From positions 107,012,001 to 107,076,000 of the forward strand of contig OZ024744.1 in assembly GCA_964016885.1 (NCBI GenBank): a stretch of DNA of 64,000 bases, read 5' to 3'. The notes beneath the pieces are model-generated. The model made no database searches, was not told the DNA's origin, and saw nothing but the letters and a program-made list of their open reading frames with translations. Shown here piece by piece: positions 37,151-49,800 of this stretch. Position 1 is the stretch's first letter. The number at the start of each line of letters is the position of its first letter. A program made the position numbers and the translations under genes. Source of the stretch: Eledone cirrhosa (lineage: Eukaryota).

Positions 37151-37595
37151 TAAACATAACCTGCCTACAATTAATTATATTTAACAACGTTTACCGTAAA
37201 TATACTTATATATGTCAATATTTATATACACCTTTCAGTAAATTCGCTTCAACATTATATGCATCTGCTAACAATTATATATATATATAACTTACGCCTT
37301 ACATTTTGACAAGTGTGTTGTCAATTTTCTGTCCCCCTCTCAAATCTGCCACCTCTTAATATTAAATATATTTCTAAATATATCGCTGATACACTTTCTT
37401 AAGGTTTAAAAATAGACATATAATCATTCCATTGTATTTAATTCTGTTTTGTTTACTTCGTTAAACGAAGTGTCGACAGAATTTTATAACCCAAGCATAT
37501 TTTTATTTTCTTATTTAAAATGAACCAATTTTCATTTTGTTAGTTATTTCATAATTATTTAGAAATTAATGTTTACGCTCGGTGATTTCCTCGGG

Positions 37596-38018
37596 TTTTT
37601 CGTGTGCCATCAATTAAACTTACCTCCTACTATGCTGCAAAGGACCCCAGAAAAGGGAGGGGGTAGGCGCGGATTTTTCACCCCGTCCCTGATGTTTTCT
37701 TTATTACTTTTTCCCGTTTTTTTTTCGTGTGCTATCAACTAATCTCACCTTCGAACGTGGTGCAAAACCTCAGGGGTTAGGTTAATTATAGCAGGTAAAG
37801 AAAACTCCGGGAGGAGTGCACATTCGAGGGTCCCCTCCGTTTTCCGAGGAGGAAGTCCTTTGCACCATGTTTGAAGATATTAGTTGGTAAAACACGAAAG
37901 AGACGAGTGGGTGGGGGGGGGGGGTAAACTCTGGGAGGGTCGGTCACCCCCTCTTTTTCTATCGGGAAAAGGTACTTTGTACCATATTAGAAGGTAACTA
38001 ATTAATAGCTCGAAAAAG
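37596..38018. repeat. Four-module direct plus inverted repeat (A A A' A'), possible old MITE
   Basis: tttttcgtgtgc.atcaa.taa...tgcaaa at 37596 and 37720; reverse-complement versions at 37856-37900 and 37972-38018. Confidence 0.55.
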
Positions 38019-38344
38019 CTAAAAGAATTATATCCTACTGAAATCGGTGGGTTATATATTTATTGGTGATGCTCATTTGGAAATTAGCATATCCGGCAAA
38101 TGTTAATCTGTCAAAATTCTATATAGACTAATCTATTTCCATGTTAGTGCTGGTTGGGTGAATGTCACTGATGAAAGATGGATAAATCTTGAAACAGCAC
38201 TGTCTGGCATTTCCTTACGAAAAATTATTTTTCTTTGATAGTGAAGCTACCCATATGTTTGTTGTATATAAACATACAATGTAGGTTTTCATATGCATCT
38301 CGAGATAAATATATATGTATATATGGTTGTGTGTATGTGTATAA

Positions 38345-40340
38345 TCATCATCCAAACCAACGCAATCTTCTCTTCTACATACCACTTCAGATTCCTCTTA
38401 AACCCAGTTTCTCCTTCAGTTCATCCAGGCTCTGCTTTTCTCTCACATTTACATTGCACATCCATCGAAGCATGGTTGTTTCATTTCTCTTCAGTCTCGA
38501 CATATCCTCTGCAGTCACTGCCGATGTTTCACTACCATGCAGCATAACACAGTAGTCCTTTTGTAACTAAGAAGAAACCTTAAGTTGTGAACAGATGAAG
38601 TAGTTCTCTAAATTTCTTCCATCTTATCCTTATTCAAGTTCACTCAGGTATCAGAAGCTATATGCTATTTCTATGGATTGAAAAAGTTTTAAATCATTGA
38701 TGTTCTTCTCATCAATAACCCCTGTGCATGTTACATACAAAGACTTCATTTCCTGTTAGTCTACTTTGCTATCCCACTACATCTCTTGTGTAACCAAGAT
38801 TTGCATTGTGTACATGATATAGAGTTTCTACGTACTCCTTTTCTGCATAACCAACTCTTTAGTTTTGGCTAAATTTACTCTCAGGCCTTTTGATCGTAAA
38901 TTCTATTTCCCCAGTCATAACTTATTATCTAGTACTTTTATGGAATAAGCTATGAGAACCAGATCATCAACCTAAAGAAGTTCCCATGGCCAGTCTATAA
39001 CTCCTCTGTTAAAGCCTGGAGAACTATAACAAAGAGCAGTGGACTGAAGACCGAACCTTGATGAATTCCTACTTGTACCTTGAATCCCTCACTAAACTTA
39101 CTTTACTGACAGCTCCTCTGTACATAGCTTGCACTGTTCTCACAAGCCATTCTTCTACACTTAATTTCCTTAAGGACCACCAGATAATAGATCAAGGTAT
39201 ACTCTCAAAGGCCTTTAGCATTTAAACCGCTGTATCTAGCCCAAATTTTCTCACCTCTTTCTGTTCAAATTGGTCATAACCAGCTGCTCATACTTATGTT
39301 AAGGTATTATTCTCAAAATAAATATCAAAATCTCATAGTCAATATTCATCATCATTCATTATCATTTCATTTTACGTCCGCTTTTTCCCTGCTTGCAAGG
39401 GTGGGACGGGAACTGATTTTTACAGCTGGATCATCATCATCATCACCATTTTACGTCCGTTCTTCCAAGCTAGCATGGGTTAGACGGGTTGTCCTGTTGT
39501 GGGCAGTGTCTGGTCGGCTGACCATGCCTTGCTCATACAGGAACTGATTTGGCTTGATTTCTACAGCTGGATGCCCTTCCTAACACCAACCTCATTTACA
39601 GTGAGTGCTGGGTGCTTTTTCGTGGCGCCTACACGTCCACTTTACAATGTGGGCTGGGTGCTTTTTTGCCGTGGCACCTCCACGACCACCTTGCGGTGGG
39701 GGCATATTGTCTATATGCTTCAGCTTGTACCCATGGGAGGTCGGGTACTCTGTATTACTGCATGACGCCAGAGGTCACGGTCGTGTGTCATTGCCTTTGA
39801 GAGGTGTAATTGGGTACGGTCGGCTTTTATCACCTCATCCCAGGTCATCTTGGGTCTCCCCACTCCGCGGTTTCCATCCTGGATGCCCTTCCTAACACCA
39901 ACCTCATTTACAGTGAGTGCTGGGTGCTTTTTTGCCGTGGCACCTCCACGACCACTTTGCAGTGGAATGATATGGACGCCAGTCCCTATCATCTCATTTC
40001 TACAGCTGAGTAAACTGGAGCAATGTGAAATAAAGTGTCTTGCTCAAGGAAACAACACATCACCCGGTCTGAGAATTGAACTCACAATCTTTTGATTGCA
40101 AGGCCAATGCTCTAACCACTAAGCCATGTGCCTCCATGTAAGATAATTATGTGAAATAAAGTGAAAATATAATAGCAAATATAGAGTAATGTAAATGCTA
40201 AAGGATTAATAGATCAACAAAAGTTAAATAGTGTGGCTTATTCTTGGCTAGGAACTTCTCTTGTAGTTACCTCACTAAGAAGAGGGTGTCTGTAGTACTT
40301 TTCCCAACCATGAAACCAAACTACATCTCATCTTATTTGA
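38345..40340 (-). mobile_element. Decayed RTE LINE with nested MITE and SINE insertions
   Basis: RT remnants 38345-39215 and 40210-40340 are interrupted at the FVDL.KAF motif by the 39212-40209 MITE. Confidence 0.8.
39880..40135 (-). mobile_element. Family A tRNA-SINE nested in MITE
   Basis: Reverse complement of 15696-15940, including A and B boxes. Confidence 0.85.
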
Positions 40341-40514
40341 CTCTTTCCCTAATTAACTAATTTTTAGGGTAGGTACCCACTTCTCAATAAAATAGGTCTC
40401 CACTATTCTTAGATCAACCATATCCCTTAGTTCTGCAAATATTTTTGTGGTTATTCTTCTTCCATATATTTCTTGGTGTGTGTGTGTATATATATATATA
40501 TTTGTGTGTGTATC

Positions 40515-41845
40515 ATCATCATCGTTTAACGTCCATCTTCCATGCTAGCATGGATTAGAGGGTTTTGTTCCATTTGATGTGGGAATGGTAGGAGACCATG
40601 TCTTGCTCGTACAGAAGCGTCTCTGGCAGGCTTTTTACAGCTGGATGCCCTTCTTAACACCAACCACATTTACAATGTGGACTGGGAGCTTTTTCACCAT
40701 GTCTCCTACATGGCCACCTTACAGTGTGGACTGTTGGTTCGTCGACACAGTGGAGAGAAATGTGAAGATGGGGTGGGGGTGTACATTGAGTTAAGAGGTG
40801 CCTACTGACTAGGTTTGTATGCAATAGCAGTCGGGTCTTCTGTACAACTGCATGGCGCCAAAGATCTCGATCCAGTGTCATTGTCTTAGAGAGGTGTAAG
40901 TGAACAAGGTCAGTTTTTATCACCTCGTCCCAGGTTTTTCTTGGTCTACCCACTCCGTAGCTTCCATCAATTTTCATTGCCCTGCACTTTTTTATACAGC
41001 TGTTGTCCTTCATACGCACCACATGTCTATACCAACGCAATCTCCTCTCCAGAACACAACATTTGATTCCTCTTATGCTTAGTCTCTCTCTCAATTCGTT
41101 TATGCTTCGCCGTTCGCGCACATTATTATTACACATCCATTGGAGCATGCAAGCTTCATTTCTTTCTAATCTATGAAGGTCTTCAGTACACACTCACTAA
41201 CATCTAATATCACTATTTGTGTACAAGCATCATACAATTTGCCTTTCACTTTTAGAGAAAAACCCCTTGTGGCCAACAGCAATATTAGCTCTCTGAACTT
41301 TTTCCATCCCGTTCTAACTGGCTACTGTACTTTCAGAGCACCCTCCTCCACTGCTGATTTTGTCACCCAGGTAACGGAAGGTGTCTACCTTTTCTATAGA
41401 ACCATCTGGACAGTTGAAGGAGATATCATCCAGTGGGTCCTTGCTAATTACTGCACCTGAGCATCGGCCACATATAAAATCTACATTCTTAGATAGCTTA
41501 CCTCTGATCCTACTACATCTTTTATGTCCCATAGTTTGCATTTGGGACATAGAATTAAGTTTCTACTTACTCCTTTCTTACACACTGAGCATAGCCATTT
41601 CCCAGAGAGCACCTGTGCCCTATTCTCCTTTCTACATACAAGAACTTTAGTCTTAGACAAGATCTTGATTCTAGGCCATGTTTGGAAGTTCAGCCATGGA
41701 TTCAGCTATGAGAGTTAGATCATCTGCATATAGAAGTTCACATGGGCAGCCAGTCTTAAACTCTTCTGTTATAGCCTGTAGGACAATAATAAACAGGAGG
41801 GAGCCTTGGTGAACCCCTACTATTATGCTGAATTCATCACTATAT
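40515..41845 (-). mobile_element. RTE LINE RT to 3' UTR
   Basis: ORFs 40654-41193 and 41314-41550; GCPCELLYADDL remnant at ~41717-41750. Confidence 0.88.
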
Positions 41846-41867
41846 TCATTAATTGTAACCTTGTTGA

Positions 41868-42005
41868 ATTACATAATAAACAACACTAATTATTCCATGG
41901 TCAGCCCATTCATCAGATGAAATAGTTATCTAGATAACGATTTCATCTGATGTAATTAAATAGCTCTATACTATACATAGAGCACTCTTTTCTTAGACAC
42001 TTCCC
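41868..42005 (+). mobile_element. Deleted relative of the 23931-24245 element
   Basis: Shares taataaacaaca..aattatt and tail gctct...acatagagcactctttt; central hairpin catcagatgaaat..atttcatctgatg. Confidence 0.6.
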
Positions 42006-43690
42006 GTTACCTGGGTGACAAAATTAGCGGTGGAGGAGGGTTTTCTAACAGTAGCCAGTTAGAACGGGATGGAAAAAGCTCAAAGACCTAATACCGCTGT
42101 TGGTCACAACAGGTTTCTCTCTAAAAATGAAAGACTGATTGTATGATGCTTGTGTACGAACATCAATGTTACATGGCAGTGAGACATGGGCATTGAGTGC
42201 AGAGGACCTGCACAGATTGGAAAGGAACGAAGCATGCATGCTCCGTTGGATGTATAATAGAATATACGCAAATGGCAAAACATAAAAGAACTCAGTGAGA
42301 AATTAGGAATAAGATGCAGTTTACTTGTGAGGAGATTACGTTGGTATGGTTATGTGATGCGCATGAAATACCATAGCTGTATAAATAAGTGCAAGGCAAT
42401 CAAAATTGATAGAAGCTATGGAGTGGGAGGACTCAGAAAAACCTAAGTTTTGCTGACTACAGGTAACCCAGTATCAAAACAATCTGTTTCATATATATTT
42501 CACTACTTTTGTTGACCTAGAGAAGGCCTTTGATAGAGTACCCCAATCTATCATCTGGTGGTCCCTAAGGAAACTAGATGTAAAGGAATGGCTTGTGAGG
42601 ACAGTGCAAGCTATGTACAGAGGTGCTGTCAGTAAAGTGAGAATAGGAATGGAGTTTAGTGAGGAATTCCAGATACAAGTAGGAGTACATCAAGGTTCGG
42701 TCCTCAGCCTGCTCTTGTTCATTATAGTCCTCCAAGCCATAACAGAAGAGTTTAAGACTGGCTGTCCATGGGAACTTCTCTATGCTGATGATCTGGTTCT
42801 TATAGCAGAATCAGTAGAGGAGCTAGAGAATAAATTCTGGTTATGGAAACAGCAGTTGGAATCAAGAGGACTGAGAGTGAACCTAGCTAAGACAAAAGTG
42901 TTGATAAGTAGAAAAGAGGACAAAGCTCTGATTCCATCAGGGAAATGGCCATGTTCGATATGCAGAAAAGGAACTGGCATAAATTCTATAAAATGTACAC
43001 AATGCAAATCCTGGGTACACAAGAGATATAGTGAGATAGCAGGTAAATTAACAGGTAGGGAAAATTACATATGCAGTAGATGTTCAGGGAAATTTAACAG
43101 TAGAAGTGGCATTGATAGACATATTTTTCAAATGCAGGTAGGATCTATAGAGGTGGTTGATAGCTTCTGATACCTAGGTGATCAGATTAGCAAGGGAGGT
43201 GGGTGCTCTGAGGCCATAGTATCTAGAATAAGGATGGGTTGGAAGAAGTTTAGGGAGCTGCTTCCTCTATTGACAAAGAAGGGGGGTAGGTGTAAAAGGC
43301 AAACTCGCTATCTCTATTTTGGTAATCTTGGGTAATGACCGTAAGAATACATTCACGAATACAAGTAGCCAAAATGGAGTTCCTTCTAAGGGTTTTTCGA
43401 GTAATGTTACAAGGTAGTGTGTAGCTTGGAAATCAGAGAGTCACTCCAGGAAGAGCTGTTACTTCTATGAATTGAGAGATCACAGCTCTGATACTACAGC
43501 ATATGGTTAGAATGTCTCAGGAAAGAATTACTGGATAGATTTTTGAGGCAAAACTAATCAGTAGGAGACCCAGGGGTAGACCCTAAGCAGGATAGTTGGA
43601 TAACATCGATGAGTTTGGCCGGTCTCACTTGGGAATATAACTAAATCAATTGGGGACAGCTGCTTCAAGGTGTGCTTGGTGACTCTGCCC
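42003..43690 (+). mobile_element. Consecutive RTE fragments (42003-42445, 42505-43282, 43285-43690)
   Basis: FVDLEKAFDRVP, GVHQGSVLS, LLYADDL, PHD-like Cys/His cluster; last piece matches the 27160-27540 family. Confidence 0.9.
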
Positions 43691-43699
43691 CATAAATTG

Positions 43700-43878
43700 T
43701 GAAGGTATGTGGCCTAGTCGTTAGGGTGCTGGATTCACAATCAAAAGGTTGTGAGTTTGATTCCAGGATCAGGTGGTGAGTTGAGTGCTTGAGCAAGAAA
43801 CTTTATCTCACATTGCTCCTGTTCACACAACTAGAAACAATAACTTGCTATGACTCTGGTGCAAAACTATCAGACTTT
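43700..43878 (+). mobile_element. Old tRNA-derived SINE directly preceding the 45-bp satellite
   Basis: tggcctagtcgttag A box, gagtttgattcc B box, cttgagcaagaaactttat body; ends ctatgactctggtgcaaaactatcagactt..ttagataaca. Confidence 0.8.
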
Positions 43879-46800
43879 GTCTTTACTTAGATAACAGTAT
43901 ATATATATATATATATATATATAATGTATATAATGTATATAGTGTATATAGTGTATATATGAGTTACAATGATATTGGTGCCAAGCTGTATCAGCATTAG
44001 ATAACATTATATATACTATGACTATGGTGCCAAGCTGTATCAGACTTGGACAACATTATACTATGACTATGGTGCCAAGCTGTATCAGCCTTAGATAACA
44101 TTATACTATGACTATGGTGCCAAGCTGTATCAGCCTTAGACAAGTTTATACTATGACTATGGTGCCAAGCTGTATCAGCCTTAGACAACATTATACTATG
44201 ACTATGGTGCCAAGCTATATAAGCCTTAGACAAGTTTATACTACGACTATGGTGCCAAGCTGTATCAGACTAGGACGACATTATACTATGACTATGGTGC
44301 CAAGCTGTATCAGACTTGGATAACATTATACTATGACTATGGTGCCAAGCTGTATCAGACTTGGACAACATTATACTACGACTATGGTGCCAAGGTGTAT
44401 CAGACTTAGACAACATTATACTGTGACTATAGTGCCAAGCTGTATCAGACTAGGACAACATTATACTATGACTATGGTGCCAAGCTGTATCAGACTAGGA
44501 CAACATTATACTATGACTATGGTGCCAAGTTGTATAAGCCTTAGACAATATTATACTATGACTATGGTGCCAAGCTGTATCAGACTTGGACAATATTATA
44601 CTATGACTATGGTGCCAAGCTGTATCAGACTTGGACAACATTATACTATGACTATGGTGCCAAGCTGTATCAGACTAGGACAACATTATACTATGACTAT
44701 GGTGCCAAGCTGTATCAGACTTGGACAATATTATACTATGACTATGGTGCCAAGCTGTATCAGACTTAGACAACATTATACTATGACTATGGTGCCAAGC
44801 TGTATCAGCCTTAGACAACATTATACTATGACTATGGTGCCAAGCTGTGTGATCCTTAGATAACATTATACTATGACTATGGTGCCAAGCTGTATCAGAC
44901 TTGGACAACATTATACTATGACTATGGTGCCAAGCTGTATCAGCCTTGGACAACATTATACAATGACTATGGTGCCAAGCTGTATCAGACCTGGACAACA
45001 TTATACTATGACTATGGTGCCAAGCTGTATCAGCCTTAGACAACATTATACTATGACTATGGTGCCAAGCTGTATCAGCCTTAGACAACATTATACTATG
45101 ACTATGGTGCCAAGCTATATCAGACTTGGACAACATTATACTATGACTATGGTGCCAAGCTGTATCAGACTTGGACAACATTATTATACTATGACTATGG
45201 TGCCAAGCTGTATCAGACTAGGACAACATTATACTATGACTATGGTGCCAAGCTGTATAACCCTTAGAGAACATTATACTATGACTATGGTGCCAAGCTG
45301 TATCAGACTATGACAACATTATACTATGACTATGGTGCCAAGCTGTATCAGACTTAGATAACATTATACTATGACTATGGTGCCAAGCTGTATCAGACTA
45401 GGACAACATTATACTATGACTATGGTGCCAAGCTGTATTAGCCTTAGATAACATTATACTATGACTATGGTGCCAAGCTGTATGATCCTTAGATAACATT
45501 ATACTATGACTATGGTGCCAAGCTGTATCAGACTTGGACAACATTATACTATGACTATGGTGCCAAGCTGTATCAGCCTTAGACAATATTATACTATGAC
45601 TATGGTGCCAAGCTGTATCAGACTTGGACAACATTATACTATGACTATGGTGCCAAGCTGTATCAGACTTGGACAACATTATACTATGACTATGGTGCCA
45701 AGCTGTATCAGACTAGGACAACATTATACTATGACTATGGTGCCAAGCTGTATGATCCTTAGATAACATTATACTATGACTATGGTGCCAAGCTGTATCA
45801 GACTTGGACAACATTATACTATGGCTATGGTGCCAAGCTGTATCAGCCTTAGACAATATTATACTATGACTATGGTGCCAAGCTGTATCAGTCTTGGACA
45901 ACATTATACTATGCCTATGGTGCCAAGCTGTATCAGACTTGGACAACATTATACTATGACTATGGTGCCAAGCTGTATCAGCCTTAGACAACATTATACT
46001 ATGACTATGGTGCCAAGCTGTATCAGACTTAGACAACATTATACTATGACTATGGTGCCAAGCTGTATCAGCCTTAGACAACATTATACTATGACTATGG
46101 TGCCAAGCTGTATCAGACTAGGACAACATTATACTATGACTATGGTGCCAAGCTGTATCAGCCTTAGACAACATTATACTATGACTATGGTGCCGAGCTG
46201 TATCAGCCTTAGACAACATTATACTATGACTATGGTGCCAAGCTGTATCAGACTTGGACAACATTATACTATGACTATGGTGCCAAGCTGTATCAGACTT
46301 GGACAACATTATACTATGACTATGGTGCCAAGCTGTATCAGCCTTAGACAACATTATACTATGACTATGGTGCCAAGCTGTATCAGCCTTAGACAACATT
46401 ATACTATGACTATGGTGCCAAGCTGTATCAGACTTGGACAACATTATACTATGACTATGGTGCCAAGCTGTATCAGACTTAGACAATATTATACTATGAC
46501 TATGGTGCCAAGCTGTATCAGACTTGGACAACATTATACTATGACTATGGTGCCAAGCTGTATCAGCCTTAGAGAACATTATACTATGACTATGGTGCCA
46601 AGCTGTATCAGACTTGGACAACATTATACTATGACTATGGTGCCAAGCTGTATCAGCCTTAGACAATATTATACTATGACTATTGTGCCAAGCTGTATCA
46701 GACTTGGACAACATTATACTATGACTATGGTGCCAAGCTGTATCAGACTTGGACAACATTATACTATGACTATGGTGCCAAGCTGTATCAGACTTGGACA

Positions 46801-49800
46801 ACATTATACTACGACTATGGTGCCAAGGTGTATCAGACTTAGACAACATTATACTGTGACTATAGTGCCAAGCTGTATCAGACTAGGACAACATTATACT
46901 ATGACTATGGTGCCAAGCTGTATCAGACTAGGACAACATTATACTATGACTATGGTGCCAAGTTGTATAAGCCTTAGACAATATTATACTATGACTATGG
47001 TGCCAAGCTGTATCAGACTTGGACAATATTATACTATGACTATGGTGCCAAGCTGTATCAGACTTGGACAACATTATACTATGACTATGGTGCCAAGCTG
47101 TATCAGACTAGGACAACATTATACTATGACTATGGTGCCAAGCTGTATCAGACTTGGACAATATTATACTATGACTATGGTGCCAAGCTGTATCAGACTT
47201 AGACAACATTATACTATGACTATGGTGCCAAGCTGTATCAGCCTTAGACAACATTATACTATGACTATGGTGCCAAGCTGTGTGATCCTTAGATAACATT
47301 ATACTATGACTATGGTGCCAAGCTGTATCAGACTTGGACAACATTATACTATGACTATGGTGCCAAGCTGTATCAGACTTGGACAACATTATACTATGAC
47401 TATGGTGCCAAGCTGTATCAGCCTTGGACAACATTATACAATGACTATGGTGCCAAGCTGTATCAGACCTGGACAACATTATACTATGACTATGGTGCCA
47501 AGCTGTATCAGCCTTAGACAACATTATACTATGACTATGGTGCCAAGCTGTATCAGCCTTAGACAACATTATACTATGACTATGGTGCCAAGCTGTATCA
47601 GACTTGGACAACATTATACTATGACTATGGTGCCAAGCTATATCAGACTTGGACAACATTATACTATGACTATGGTGCCAAGCTGTATCAGACTTGGACA
47701 ACATTATTATACTATGACTATGGTGCCAAGCTGTATCAGACTAGGACAACATTATACTATGACTATGGTGCCAAGCTGTATAAGCCTTAGAGAACATTAT
47801 ACTATGACTATGGTGCCAAGCTGTATCAGACTAGGACAACATTATACTATGACTATGGTGCCAAGCTGTATGATCCTTAGATAACATTATACTATGACTA
47901 TGGTGCCAAGCTGTATCAGACTAGGACAACATTATACTATGACTATGGTGCCAAGCTGTATTAGCCTTAGATAACATTATACTATGACTATGGTGCCAAG
48001 CTGTATGATCCTTAGATAACATTATACTATGACTATGGTGCCAAGCTGTATCAGACTTGGACAACATTATACTATGACTATGGTGCCAAGCTGTATCAGC
48101 CTTAGACAATATTATACTATGACTATGGTGCCAAGCTGTATCAGACTTGGACAACATTATACTATGACTATGGTGCCAAGCTGTATCAGACTTGGACAAC
48201 ATTATACTATGACTATGGTGCCAAGCTGTATCAGACTAGGACAACATTATACTATGACTATGGTGCCAAGCTGTATGATCCTTAGATAACATTATACTAT
48301 GACTATGGTGCCAAGCTGTATCAGACTTGGACAACATTATACTATGGCTATGGTGCCAAGCTGTATCAGCCTTAGACAATATTATACTATGACTATGGTG
48401 CCAAGCTGTATCAGTCTTGGACAACATTATACTATGACTATGGTGCCAAGCTGTATCAGACTTGGACAACATTATACTATGACTATGGTGCCAAGCTGTA
48501 TCAGCCTTAGACAACATTATACTATGACTATGGTGCCAAGCTGTATCAGACTTAGACAACATTATACTATGACTATGGTGCCAAGCTGTATCAGCCTTAG
48601 ACAACATTATACTATGACTATGGTGCCAAGCTGTATCAGACTAGGACAACATTATACTATGACTATGGTGCCAAGCTGTATCAGCCTTAGACAACATTAT
48701 ACTATGACTATGGTGCCGAGCTGTATCAGCCTTAGACAACATTATACTATGACTATGGTGCCAAGCTGTATCAGACTTGGACAACATTATACTATGACTA
48801 TGGTGCCAAGCTGTATCAGACTTGGACAACATTATACTATGACTATGGTGCCAAGCTGTATCAGCCTTAGACAACATTATACTATGACTATGGTGCCAAG
48901 CTGTATCAGCCTTAGACAACATTATACTATGACTATGGTGCCAAGCTGTATCAGACTTGGACAACATTATACTATGACTATGGTGCCAAGCTGTATCAGC
49001 CTTAGAGAACATTATACTATGACTATGGTGCCAAGCTGTATCAGCCTTAGACAACATTATACTATGACTATGGTGCCAAGCTGTATCAGACTTGGACAAC
49101 ATTATACTATGACTATGGTGCCAAGCTGTATCAGCCTTAGAGAACATTATACTATGACTATGGTGCCAAGCTGTATCAGACTTGGACAACATTATACTAT
49201 GACTATGGTGCCAAGCTGTATCAGCCTTAGACAATATTATACTATGACTATTGTGCCAAGCTGTATCAGACTTGGACAACATTATACTATGACTATGGTG
49301 CCAAGCTGTATCAGACTTGGACAACATTATACTATGACTATGGTGCCAAGCTGTATCAGACTTGGACAACATTATACTACGACTATGGTGCCAAGGTGTA
49401 TCAGACTTAGACAACATTATACTGTGACTATAGTGCCAAGCTGTATCAGACTAGGACAACATTATACTATGACTATGGTGCCAAGCTGTATCAGACTAGG
49501 ACAACATTATACTATGACTATGGTGCCAAGTTGTATAAGCCTTAGACAATATTATACTATGACTATGGTGCCAAGCTGTATCAGACTTGGACAATATTAT
49601 ACTATGACTATGGTGCCAAGCTGTATCAGACTTGGACAACATTATACTATGACTATGGTGCCAAGCTGTATCAGACTAGGACAACATTATACTATGACTA
49701 TGGTGCCAAGCTGTATCAGACTTGGACAATATTATACTATGACTATGGTGCCAAGCTGTATCAGACTTAGACAACATTATACTATGACTATGGTGCCAAG

